Shown: one piece after another, positions 10,228-20,700 of the stretch
How positions within the stretch are numbered: the stretch's first letter is position 1
Layout of the letters: every line of letters begins with the position of its first letter
From: Candidatus Krumholzibacteriia bacterium
GTDB lineage: Bacteria > Krumholzibacteriota > Krumholzibacteriia > JAJRXK01
Assembly (NCBI GenBank): GCA_041484665.1
Contig: JBGPIA010000006.1
Coordinates: forward strand, 128,001 to 192,000
Direction of reading: 5' to 3'
Length of the DNA: 64,000 nt
Notes under the pieces: generated by a model
What the model saw: only the letters and a program-made list of their open reading frames with translations
The model's database searches: none
Told to the model about the DNA's origin: nothing
Program-made: the position numbers and the translations under genes

Positions 10228-10788
10228 TCAGAGAAGTGGATCGACCGCACGCCCTGGGCGGGGGCCCCGCCGTGACAGCTCGGCGGAGGTGAGTGCTGCC
10301 TCCCGGTGCAGCGCGTGAGATGCGTCGAGCTGGACGGCGAAGTCCATGTAGAGGCCGTACATCCCGACGCGCGCAACGGTGCCTGCCGCCACGTCGCCGA
10401 TGCAGACCGGTTGGCCGATCTTGGCGCGGAGCTCTCCGTTTGCCGGAGGTTGCAGCCGGAGCAAGGCGCCCGTCGCGCTCACGTTGACCAGCGTAGCCCT
10501 GTAGGGCTGGCCATTCACCCTCACCTGCAGCGGCGCGTTCGCCTTGGAGCGAGCCGCGCGCCGGCGCTCGAAGAGGAAGCGCGGCGGTGCAGTCTCCGGC
10601 GAGAACGCGACCTCGAAAAAGCCGCTTTCGCGCCGACGCGCGACCAAGGCGACTCGGGCGATCGCCGCGACCGCACCGCCGGTTGCGCCGAGGCGGCGCA
10701 ATTTCGTCTTGGATGTGCCGGCATGGACCGCCAGGAACAGCCCGGCGGCGACGGCGGTTGCGGCCAGACCCCAAGCCGACGGTTTCAT
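10228..10788 (-). CDS. Membrane-anchored PilZ-domain protein
   Basis: N-terminal hydrophobic segment; PilZ motifs ERRRAAR (RxxxR) and NVSATGA (D/NxSxxG); ATG overlaps the upstream TGA (ATGA). Confidence 0.75.
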   Translation of the reverse strand: MKPSAWGLAATAVAAGLFLAVHAGTSKTKLRRLGATGGAVAAIARVALVARRRESGFFEVAFSPETAPPRFLFERRRAARSKANAPLQVRVNGQPYRATLVNVSATGALLRLQPPANGELRAKIGQPVCIGDVAAGTVARVGMYGLYMDFAVQLDASHALHREAALTSAELSRRGPRPGRAVDPLL

Positions 10789-11273
10789 ACTTTGCCTCCG
10801 CCGGCGCCCGGCGCGCGCCGGTGCAGCTTCGTGGCCAGCCCCGCGCCGGCGCGCGCCGCCGTGCCGCCGAACCAAGCAGCCAGCGCCGTACAGAACCCGA
10901 ACGTGCCCACGAAGAAGACCACGTAGGCCGCGCTCCCTTGCAGGAAGCACCCTGCAGCGAGAGCCACGCAGGCGGCGGCGAAGCCCCAAGCTTGTCCGGC
11001 GCGGCGTGCGTGGACCTCGCGCATCCACTCGTCCAGCACCGGCCGGACGACGGTCTCGTAGTATCGCAGATTCATCGCATTGAGACGCTCGGCGGCCACC
11101 AGGTCAGCGTCGTCCAGATGCGTCCCCAGGACGCGGCGGTTGATCTCGTCGGGCGCGATGGGCAACAGCTTCTCGACGGCCCGCATTTCTTCCAGGAAGG
11201 GCCGTTCGAGGACGGTGGTGGTGCCGCCTTCCGCCGCAGATCCACCGCCACCGCGTAAACGTCGCAGCTTCAC
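10785..11273 (-). CDS. Hypothetical membrane protein (two C-terminal TM helices)
   Basis: GTG start with GGGGAG RBS; translationally coupled to the PilZ gene. Confidence 0.6.
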   Translation of the reverse strand: MKLRRLRGGGGSAAEGGTTTVLERPFLEEMRAVEKLLPIAPDEINRRVLGTHLDDADLVAAERLNAMNLRYYETVVRPVLDEWMREVHARRAGQAWGFAAACVALAAGCFLQGSAAYVVFFVGTFGFCTALAAWFGGTAARAGAGLATKLHRRAPGAGGGKV

Positions 11274-11719
11274 GTCGTACTCCCCGGGCTGCGTGGAGGG
11301 GGACCACGGCCGCAAGGATGGAGGGGCTCGCCCAGGGCGCAGCAGATCGCGTGCCGCGGCGCGGCGCGGCAATCCACGTAGCGATCCGAAGCGCGCGGCC
11401 CCCGCGCTCAGGGCGCGGTGTCGCTGCGGGCTGTGCGCGATGGAGCTCTGCGCGAGGAGCTGCGACGCCGTGCACCTGCTCTCCCGCCCCGGGATCAACG
11501 ATGCGAGCAAGCAGGTCTGAATCATCGATTGCAAGTCTGGCGAGACCGGCGCAGCGAGCGGCCGATTTCGCGACCTCGGGCAATGACTCCACGAGCCTGA
11601 GCATACAGGGATGTCTAGGGAGTCTGTGGATCGACACTCGGGCTGACGCCGTAGGCTCGAGCCATCTCGTACGTGCTTCACGGCGAACCATGTGAAATAT
11701 TGACGGGCGGCTGGTGCCA

Positions 11720-11748
11720 TTGACGCGGGCCGTCCCCGTATCTATATG
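11720..11748 (+). promoter_or_regulatory. Candidate sigma70 promoter for the 11800-13313 pair
   Basis: TTGACG-17bp-TATATG in an AT-richer patch; a second ATTGACG lies 20 bp upstream. Confidence 0.35.
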
Positions 11749-11799
11749 ACATCCATACCGACCTGCAGTCCGATGCACCGATGCCCTCGGTGCGAAACC

Positions 11800-12153
11800 A
11801 TGAGGACGTCCATGGGACTTGGCATCACCATCGTGGCCGGATTGGCCCTGCTGCTCCATCTGCCGGCGCATCCGGCGCTCGCGCAATCGCCCTCACCGCA
11901 TGTGCCGGCGCATGCGGTTCTAGGAACGATCCACGCGCTCGGCGCAGACGATGGCAGCGTGGAGCTGATCACCGGCGTCGGCCACGCCCTCCGATTGGTC
12001 CAAATCAAGGTGGAACCGAAGACGCGCGTCGAGAGCGGTGGCACAACGCTCCACCTGCGCGACCTGCAGTGCGGCGACATCGTGCGCGCCGAGTGCCTGG
12101 CCACCGGGACCGGCCACGTGGCGACCTTCATCGAACGGGTGCACCGGCCATGA
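11800..12153 (+). CDS. Small exported beta-rich (OB-fold-like) protein
   Basis: Signal peptide ending PALA; LxDLxxGDxVR-type motif (LRDLQCGDIVRA); ATGA overlap with next gene. Confidence 0.6.
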   Translation: MRTSMGLGITIVAGLALLLHLPAHPALAQSPSPHVPAHAVLGTIHALGADDGSVELITGVGHALRLVQIKVEPKTRVESGGTTLHLRDLQCGDIVRAECLATGTGHVATFIERVHRP

Positions 12154-13313
12154 GTCGAGCGCCCTTGAGCCCTTGCATCGCGGTGTTGGTCGGCGCCGCT
12201 TTGGTGGCGTCGGCGTGCAGCCGGCCGCTGTTGCCCGGTGACCCGGTGCGCGGTTTGACGCGCGAGGAGCGCACGCGCTTCGAGCGTGGCCGCGCGGTCT
12301 TCGACAGCGTGTTCACCGCTGCGAACGGTCTGGGCCCCTTGTTCAACGCCCCCAGCTGCGGCGAGTGCCACGAGGCGCCGGTGCCCGGTGGGTCCGGGGA
12401 CGAGGTCGAGGAGCATGCGACTGCGTCCGGTGCCGACGGGGCGTGCGATCCTCTGGTCGAATTCGGTGGTTTCGTTTTCCAACAGCATGCGACGCCCGCG
12501 CTGACAGCTGCGCTGGGGATCGACCGCGAGCCGCTGCCGGCGCAGGCGACGACAGTGGGCCACCGGACGACGCCCGTCTTGTTCGGCCGCGGCTTACTCG
12601 ATGCGGTGCCCGACTCGGTGATCCTCGCCTACGCTGACCCGGACGATCGCAACCACGATGGAATCTCCGGGCGAGCCAATCGCTTCTTTGACGGGCGGCT
12701 GGGCCGCTTTGGGCGCAAGGCCCTGGTCCCCACGCTGCGCGAGTTCAACGACGGGGCTTTCGTGATCGAGATGGGTGTGACGAATCCCGCGGTGCCGACG
12801 GAGGAGACAGTGGGAGGACGGCCGCTGCCCGCTGGCGTCGACCCAGCGCCAGACCCCGAACTCACGGAGGAGGCGGCCGAGCTAGCGGATACGTTCGTGC
12901 GCCTGCTGGCGCCGCCGACGCCGCTCAAGGCGTCCCGCGCAGCGCGGCGGGGACGCGGGCTCTTCTCGCGCATCGGCTGCTCGGCCTGCCACATGCCGAC
13001 GCTCGTTACGGGGGAGGCGCCGATCGCCGCTCTGCGCCACAAGAAGGTCGCGGCCTACACCGACCTGCTGCTCCACGATCTGGGACCTACGCTGGGCGAC
13101 ATCTGCCTGGGTCTTGCGACGCCCACCGAGTTCCGGACCGAGCCGTTGCTCGGCCTGCGCAGCGCACAGAGCTTCCTCCACGATGGGCGCGCGGCGACAC
13201 CGGAAGCGGCGATCGAGCTTCATGGTGGCGAGGCGACCGCTGCCCGCGATCGATTCACCGCCCTCAGCGCATACGACCGGGCGGCGTTGATCGCATTCCT
13301 GAGAACGCTCTAG
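12150..13313 (+). CDS. Di-heme oxidoreductase (DHOR) family c-type cytochrome, putative lipoprotein
   Basis: GLGPLFN-SCGECH and CSACH heme motifs; GRFGRKA, YTDLLLHDLG, FRTEPL, FLHDGRA; lipobox VASAC. Confidence 0.9.
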   Translation: MSRAPLSPCIAVLVGAALVASACSRPLLPGDPVRGLTREERTRFERGRAVFDSVFTAANGLGPLFNAPSCGECHEAPVPGGSGDEVEEHATASGADGACDPLVEFGGFVFQQHATPALTAALGIDREPLPAQATTVGHRTTPVLFGRGLLDAVPDSVILAYADPDDRNHDGISGRANRFFDGRLGRFGRKALVPTLREFNDGAFVIEMGVTNPAVPTEETVGGRPLPAGVDPAPDPELTEEAAELADTFVRLLAPPTPLKASRAARRGRGLFSRIGCSACHMPTLVTGEAPIAALRHKKVAAYTDLLLHDLGPTLGDICLGLATPTEFRTEPLLGLRSAQSFLHDGRAATPEAAIELHGGEATAARDRFTALSAYDRAALIAFLRTL

Positions 13314-13669
13314 GCCGGCGCGGGTTTGGCGGCGAACTGGCCGATCGCCTCGCGGGCACCACGGGCGCAGGCTCCACGCGCACGGCACCCGACGACCGCT
13401 GTCCAACCGGCAGTTGGGGAAGGCTCTGGCGGCGTGTCTACGAACTGGACCCCGATTCGCCGGACCCAACCGGGTGGCAGTCTCATGCCGCAGTCGCGGG
13501 TGTCACCTCTCGAAGCCGAGCACGGGCTCCAGCCACTCGATCATCAGCTGAGTGCTTTCCTTCGAGACCGGTATGGGATCGGCATCGTGCGCCGGGTCCG
13601 TAGTGGCAGCCCTGAAGTGATTCGTGCCCGCGACCGTGCGAATCGTCACCCCGGCGCCGGCGCCGCGCC

Positions 13670-15928
13670 TCACCGCAGAACGGCGAGCTTGCTCGTCTTC
13701 GCAGAGCGGCCGCTCGCGACGTGCAGCAGATAGATGCCGCCGGCGACCCCCACGCGCTCGTCGTCGCGCCCATCCCAGGTCACCACGTGCTCGCCCGCTG
13801 CTTGCTGTCCGGCGAGCAGTCGCCGCACGCGGCGTCCCTTCAGGTCGAAGATGTCCACGGTCACGCTGCCGGCGCGCGCCAGGGCGTAGTGGATCGCACC
13901 CGGCGCCAGGAACGGAGTCGCGTGGCCGATCCAGCGCACGTCGCTCTCCTCGTTCGCGCCTCGGATGTCGTCACCCACCCCGGTCACGTCCTTGCGCCAA
14001 CCGAGCGTCGGATCGGTATCCGTGTCGGTGGAGACGCCGGGCGTGACGTACGAGTCGGGCGGATTCGCCGATTCCAGGGAGCCTCGGCCATCGGCCATGT
14101 CCAGCCCGGTCTCCAGGCCCAGCACGCCGTCGATCTGCGAGACGAGCGCCGCGTCCAGCGCATGCACGAAGTACAACTTCCCGGGGATCACGCCGCGCCC
14201 CTGCGCGACCGCCACGTGCGGGCCCAGTGACGGCACCGGCTCAAAGCGTACCCGGGCCTCGTCATGGGCCGGGCTCTCCTCCGGCAGATAGAGGAACGCT
14301 CCGCCGGGCGCAAACTTGTCCACGAGCCCGATGTCGACATCGGTCTGCAACCCGCCGACGTTCACACCGTTGACGATTTCGAAGAACAGGGGCTCGAGGT
14401 CGGGCGGCGTATGGGCGAACAGGACGCTCGCGTCGCCATTGGCGTCCTTCGTCACCGGCGTGTACAGCCGATTCGCGGTGAGAGCACCGGCCGTGATCGA
14501 GACCCACAGCGGGTCGACCGAGCGCGGGAATCCCCAGCCCGGTCCCAGAAAGCTCGAGAGCGCCAGGAAGTCCGACACCTGGCCGTTGACCGGACTCATC
14601 GCAAAGAGCGATCCCTCTCCCGCGGCCGTCTCCATCGGCACGACCACGTACTTCTCCCAGCGTACCGGCTCCACGCCCACCTCGAAGCCCGCCACGACGA
14701 GCCCGGGGTTGCGGACAAGATCCTCCGCGTGCGCCATGAGCGCACCGGTCGCGGGATCGAGCAACAGGACGTCGGCGTCGCTACCGGCCGCGTTCTCCAC
14801 GGCGACGACCAGCCGGTTCACCCCGGCCACGCCGCACAGTGGCACCACATCCACACCCTTCTCGTAGCCGGGAATCGTCACTCCCTGCCCGCCGCCGTCG
14901 ACCGAGTACACCCACTGCGCGACGCCGTCCTCATCTAGCAGGTAGAGATCCGAATCGTCGCCTGGCCCCTCTTGCGGCACGAGGATCGACCGATGCGCCA
15001 GGCCGCACTGGCCGCCGAGGTACAATGCGATGTCCACGTCGGTCTCGTATCCGGGGAACCGGGTGGGATGGCCCCCGGCGGCAGTGTTGAGGTCGCGCAC
15101 GCTGATCACGCCCGGGTGGAGCAGCGGTGGGAGGTCGCCCCCCACATGGTCCGACTCGAAATCGATCAGCAGGAGGTTGGCCCCAGCCGCGGACTGCACC
15201 GGCAGAGCGAGCCTCACGCTGGTACTCGTCCGGTAGGCGACCGGATCCACTGCGTCGGGGAGCCCGGGGAGCCAGTCGACCTGCGCTGTACCTGCGCATC
15301 CGGCCCGCCCGTCGGTGGAGACCAGCAGGCAGCTCCCCCAGTCGCCGTCGCTCGACTCCGCGTCGACGACCACGATGCCGCGCACCGCTTGGTTCTCGCT
15401 CGCCAGCGGGAAAAAGAGCAGCGCGTCCGGATAGTCGGAGATCACGCCGTCAATGTCGGGCTTGAAGCCCAGATCGCCGAGCGCGATGTCGACTTGTCCC
15501 AGCACGGCTCCGCTGGAGTCCAGCTGCAGCACGAGCAGCTTGGCCAGGTCGCCATCCTCGGACTCGGTTGGCACGAACGCGAACGTGTTCCCCGCGTGGT
15601 CCGTGAACACGATCGGGTCGACTCCATTCTCGAAGCCGAGCGTGGGAATCACCACGGGGTCGTTCAGGTTCAGCGGCTGGCCGGTGGCGGCATCCAGGTC
15701 GATGATGGTCAGCTGCGCGCTCGAGCCGTCTTCCGCCTCTTCGGGCACCAGGAGGAACTCGCGATTGGGCGCTACGACCAGGTCGACGTCGTCCTCGAAA
15801 CCCAGGGTGGTCAGGAAGGAGGCGGCGTGCCCAGCGGGCGCGGTGGCCGTGGCGACGAGCACGAGCAGCGCGAGGAATCCACACGTGCCGCGCGCTCGGG
15901 TGGGTCGTGGGGTCTGGCCCTTTCTCAT
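13670..15928 (-). CDS. Secreted repeat protein (probable beta-propeller) with FlgD-Ig tail
   Basis: AAGGAG RBS; signal peptide ending GHA; about 10 G[FYL]ExxVD repeats; tail IFDLKGRRVR...WDGRDDERVGVAGGIY. Confidence 0.85.
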   Translation of the reverse strand: MRKGQTPRPTRARGTCGFLALLVLVATATAPAGHAASFLTTLGFEDDVDLVVAPNREFLLVPEEAEDGSSAQLTIIDLDAATGQPLNLNDPVVIPTLGFENGVDPIVFTDHAGNTFAFVPTESEDGDLAKLLVLQLDSSGAVLGQVDIALGDLGFKPDIDGVISDYPDALLFFPLASENQAVRGIVVVDAESSDGDWGSCLLVSTDGRAGCAGTAQVDWLPGLPDAVDPVAYRTSTSVRLALPVQSAAGANLLLIDFESDHVGGDLPPLLHPGVISVRDLNTAAGGHPTRFPGYETDVDIALYLGGQCGLAHRSILVPQEGPGDDSDLYLLDEDGVAQWVYSVDGGGQGVTIPGYEKGVDVVPLCGVAGVNRLVVAVENAAGSDADVLLLDPATGALMAHAEDLVRNPGLVVAGFEVGVEPVRWEKYVVVPMETAAGEGSLFAMSPVNGQVSDFLALSSFLGPGWGFPRSVDPLWVSITAGALTANRLYTPVTKDANGDASVLFAHTPPDLEPLFFEIVNGVNVGGLQTDVDIGLVDKFAPGGAFLYLPEESPAHDEARVRFEPVPSLGPHVAVAQGRGVIPGKLYFVHALDAALVSQIDGVLGLETGLDMADGRGSLESANPPDSYVTPGVSTDTDTDPTLGWRKDVTGVGDDIRGANEESDVRWIGHATPFLAPGAIHYALARAGSVTVDIFDLKGRRVRRLLAGQQAAGEHVVTWDGRDDERVGVAGGIYLLHVASGRSAKTSKLAVLR

Positions 15929-16414
15929 GGCCGATGCTCCTTCTTTGGGGGATGACGTCGCCGGGAAGCAGGCGCTCGAGGCGACGTCCCCACAGCCCTG
16001 CGGCACAACTGAGCGTGCGCGGCCCGCTACGCGCATCCGGAACACGACGCGAGTGCGGCAGGAAGTTGCACCAGACCGATGGTAAGGGGGCATTGGCGGG
16101 CCCGCGGTACAGCAGGCCGAGCGTCACCGGGGGAGCCCAGCGCGCGGCGGGCGCGTGGCAGCCGGGGTCTACTTCCTACGCTTCACCACGGCAGCGTGGG
16201 GCAAGACGCTGCGCGTTATGCTCGCCAAGTGAGCGGACGTGGGGATCCTGTCTGATGTGCCGCTCCCGCCTGCGCTGGTTCGGCCTCCCTGGCGCATCCG
16301 GGCGGGCGCAAGGAAACGAAAACCCACAGGAACGACGCTTCGCGGGAGCGTCGCACGGTGGGCAAGCGCGTTGTACACCGTGGAGTCTTGGGGTACGATC
16401 TAAGCACGGCGCGC

Positions 16415-16446
16415 ACGGAGCTCCACACTGACGGAGCTCCACACTG
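16415..16446. repeat. Perfect 16-bp tandem duplication in divergent intergenic region
   Basis: acggagctccacactg x2. Confidence 0.9.
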
Positions 16447-16582
16447 ACCATGTGCGTTGCGCCTCCGCTGCGCTCCGTCCGCGCCTTCTCGATGGCCGCC
16501 GGCACGACCGCGCCGGCGGCCTGCGCTTTGTTCGATCGTCGTTCTCATTCGCGAGCGATCGCGAAAGGCTGGAAGGAACGTC

Positions 16583-17566
16583 ATGAATTGTTCACGCGCA
16601 AGAATGGTCGCCGCATCGAGTGTCATGGTGGCACCGCTGTTGCTCATCGCTGCGTTCGCAGTTCCTGCGTTCGCCCAGCAGAAGTCGAAGAGCCCGCACT
16701 TCGCCAAGCCCATCGACTCCGTGGAATACGTCGCCAAGTCGACGATCGCCGAGCTGGAGCCCAACGGCTCGACTGCGACAGCGAGTGGTCCGCTGACCAA
16801 TGGCGATGCCGGCACGGGGGTGTTGCCCATCTCGACCGACATCGACTTCTGGATTCTCAATGTGACCGCGACGGGCATCTGGAGCATCGGGACCAACCCC
16901 GGACCATCTCCCGCAATCGGGGGGACAATCGTGCAGCTGTGGGATAGTTCCCATGTGATCGCCTTCGACTACTTATGCGGTCCTGGCGACTATTCTCTGA
17001 TCGCCTACAATTTCACGGCCACGGGCATCTACTATGTTGCCGTGCGAAGCGGAGGCCTATTTGATTCCTACCCAGGCAACTACGAGCTGAACGTCAACGG
17101 GCCGGTGGCGCCGCCCGCCAACGAATCCTGCGCAACCGTCATCGCTGTTCCTTTTGTCGGGAGCTACTCGGCGACCATCAACATGGACGTGGCAACCAAC
17201 GACTACAGCCCGCCCCTGACTGGCTGCACAGGCTATGACGCAATCGGGGGGGACGTCGTCTATGCCGTGACGCTGACAGCGGGTCAGGAGATCACGGTGG
17301 AGTGGGATCCGGTGTACTTCGACGCCTCGTTGTACGTCGTGACGAACTGCGCAGACCTCGCTGGGACGTGCGTCGCTGGGTCGGACGCCGGCACGGACGG
17401 CGACCCCGAGACGGTCACGTTCCAGAATACGACCGGCGTCATTACCACGTACTACATCATCTGCGACTCCTACTTTTGCTCCGGCGGCAACGGAACTTTG
17501 ACGATCCAGTCCGCGGTGGCCGACGGCGCGCGGAGCTGGGGCGCTACCAAAGCACTCTATCGTTAG
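16583..17566 (+). CDS. Secreted Cys-rich PPC-like domain protein with C-terminal SWGxxKxLY tail
   Basis: Signal peptide (PAFA); ExEPN and PPANESC motifs; GDVVY and FDASLY PPC-like strands; ends RSWGATKALYR. Confidence 0.8.
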   Translation: MNCSRARMVAASSVMVAPLLLIAAFAVPAFAQQKSKSPHFAKPIDSVEYVAKSTIAELEPNGSTATASGPLTNGDAGTGVLPISTDIDFWILNVTATGIWSIGTNPGPSPAIGGTIVQLWDSSHVIAFDYLCGPGDYSLIAYNFTATGIYYVAVRSGGLFDSYPGNYELNVNGPVAPPANESCATVIAVPFVGSYSATINMDVATNDYSPPLTGCTGYDAIGGDVVYAVTLTAGQEITVEWDPVYFDASLYVVTNCADLAGTCVAGSDAGTDGDPETVTFQNTTGVITTYYIICDSYFCSGGNGTLTIQSAVADGARSWGATKALYR

Positions 17567-17712
17567 GTCGGGATACGTATAGCCCTTCACGCCGAAGCCG
17601 CGCAGCGAGCTCCTGCCGATCGCGCGGGACTGGAGTGCCGCGAGTAGCGGGCGTCGCGGCTCCTGAGCGGACGCCCGCGTCCCCCAGGCCGGCTTGAGCT
17701 CCGGCCAGCCCC

Positions 17713-20700
17713 TCAATCCACCGGCTGCAGCGGGCGCGCCACGATCGGCGGCGCCGGGGCAAGGTCCCTCGGGTCCTTGGCGATCTCACCCATCAGCCGG
17801 TCGATGGCGTCGTCGAGCTGCGCGTCCTGGCCGTGCAGGAAGCCGTCGGGCCCAAGGTCCAGCTCGACGTCGGGATCGACGCCGTGGCCCTCGATGATCC
17901 AGGCCTTGCCTTGCGGGTCCCAGCCGCCGAACTCGGGTTCGGTGATCATGCCCCCATCGCGCAGCGGCTTGTCGCCACGGATCCCGATCCAGCCGCCCCA
18001 GGTGCGCGTACCGATCACCGGCCCCAGACCGAACTGTTTAAAGCCGAGCGCCAGCGTCTCGCAGTCGCTGCCGCCCTGGCGGTTGATCAGGCAAGCCAGA
18101 TAACCATGGAACGCGTGCGAGGGTGTCGTGTCGATGTTGCCGTAGCGCGTACCCCCGACCGCCAGGATCTTGCGATCGAGGTGTGCCAGGATCATCGGCG
18201 CCACGGAGCCTCCGTGGTTCCAGCGATCGTCCACGATCAAGGCGCGCTTGCGCCACTGCGGCGGGTAGTCGCGCGCGAACTGCCGCAGACCCAGGCCGCC
18301 CATGTCGTAGAGGTGCAGGTAGCCGATCTGTCCGTGGCTCTTGCGGTCCACGTAGTCGCGCGTTTCGCGGATCCAGGTGGCGTAGCGGACCGGCGTGTCG
18401 TTGGCCAACGCCTCGACGACGACGCGTCGCGCGCCCTCCAGCTTCGGCGCGTCGTTGATCGACAGCTCGACCGCCTGCTTGGCGCGGTTGGCGAGCCGCT
18501 TCAGGTAGTCCTCGCCCTTCACGAGCGCCTTGCCGTCGATGGCCACCAGCCACTGTCCCGGCTTCACGTGCAGGTCGGGCCGGGCCAGCGGTGAGCTCCA
18601 CCGAGGGTCGGGATAGTCGCCACGATAGATCTTGCGGATCTTCCAGAAGCCACTGGCGGCGTCGAAGTCGAGGTCGGCGGCGAGCAGGCCCGTGCCCACC
18701 TGCTTGCCGTGGCGCAGATCACCGCCCCAGTGGTAGGCGTGACCGACATTCAGCTCGCCGAACATCTCGCCCAGCATGTCCTCGAGGTCATCGCGCGAGG
18801 AGATGCGCGTCGTGAGCGGGCCGTACTGCTTCCACACGCCGTCCCAGTCCACGCCGTGCATCTTGGCGTCGTAAAAGAAATCACGCTGCAAGCGCCACGC
18901 CTCATGGAACATCTGTGCCCACTCCGCGCGCGGGTCGATGCGCAGCGACCAGCCGGAGAGATCGATCTTGGCCTCCTTCGCAGCGTCGTCCTTCGGCGCC
19001 TCGGTGGCACCGGCCTCGAGGCGTGTGAATCCGTCCTTGGTCTGGTAGACGAGTACTTTGCCGTTGCCCGAAACCTGGTAGGCGAGCACGCCGGAGGTGA
19101 CGGTGCTCACCTTCTCCTTCTCGAAGTCGTAGGTCTGCAGCTCGGCACCGGGGCTCTCGTTCGTGTCGGCGTCGTGCGGCATCAGGCCGCGGGAGCTGGC
19201 GTTCAGCCAGTGCAGCTTGCCGTCGATGGCGCGCAGGTCGTCGTAGTTGCCGGGATCCACCGGCACCTCCACGAGGCGATCCGCCAGCCCTTCGAAATCG
19301 ATTCGGATCGGCCCGACGGGCGTATCGTCCTGGTCGCCCTTCTTGTCGGCAGTCGCCTTGTCCTGCTCCTTCTTCTCTCCCTTCTTGGCGTCGTGCTTCT
19401 TGTCGTCGCTGGCGCCGACGGGGTCGGTGTCGCCGCGCGCGCCGAATGGCAGGGTGCCGTCGTCCTGGAGCGCCACGACGCACGGAAGCGTGGCGTTGTC
19501 CAGAATAAAGCGTGCTTCGAAGCGGTCGGGATACGGGTTGATGAAACGATCCGACAGGTAGTACAGGTACTTGCCTTTCAGATCCCATGCCGGGGAGAAC
19601 GTGTTGACCATCGGGTCGCTGGCCGCGTACGAAGCCTTGGCCTGCGCATCCCAGATGCGCACCTGCGTGAACAGATTCTCGAGGACTGCGACGTAGGCGA
19701 GGTAGCGGCTGTCCGGCGACCAGGCGTAATGTGAGATCTCCCACTTGCCTTCGTCGACGGGGGTGGCGTTGCCGCTCGCCACGTCGGTCACGTAGAGCCT
19801 GTACTTCTCGTCTCCCCAGGCCAGCCGCTTGCCGTCAAGCGACCAGGCCGGCGCGAAGTGCCAGCCACTGGGCTGCTTGCCCAGCTGCCTGGGCGCCGCG
19901 CCGTTGTCGGCGGCGTGCAGGAAGAGCTGCTCCTCGCCGTCCTGCTCAGTCCAGGTGGCGATCGTTTTGCCGTCCGGCGCGAAAGCGGGGAACTGCGTGC
20001 GGGCGCTGCTGCTCTCGGTGATGCGGCGGATCAGCCCCTTCTTGTGCGTGCGCGCCACGAACACGTCGCCGCGGGTCTCGATCGCGATGCGCTCGCCGTC
20101 CTTGGAGAGCGACCAACCTCCCAGGTTCGCCGTGGGATCCACGAAGCGCTCACGCAGCTGCAGGCGGTCGCTGGGAAGCTGGATCGGCAGCTGTTCGTTG
20201 CGGCCGGTGGCCAGATCGTACACCCAGATGTCCATCTTGTGCTGATAGACGATCTTGCCGCCGCCCATAGCGGGCCAGCGCACGTCGTAGTCGGCGAAAT
20301 GGGTCAGGCGCTGTACGTCGCTCCCGTCCGGCTTCATCGATGCGAGGTTTGGCCGTCCCCAGCGATCGGTGACGAAGTAGATGCGCCCGTCCTGCGCCCA
20401 CATCGGGAACGCGTCCTTGCCTTCCCAGTGCGTCACCTCGTCGAAAGCGAGGGGGTCGAGCTTGCCGACCCAGATGTCCTCGGCGCGGCCGCCCTTGTAA
20501 CGCTTCCAGTTGTGGAACTCCAGTCCGAACTTCTGCAGCGCCAGACGCTGCCCACCCGGCTCGAAGCTGATCCATGCCGCAGGCTCCAGCGGGATCATCT
20601 GCGGGATGCCCCCCTGCGGAAACAGCGTGTACGTGCGGAAGTCCCCATGCGGGTGGTCGCGGCGGCTGCGGAACAGGATCTTGCCATCCGCTGTCCAGCC

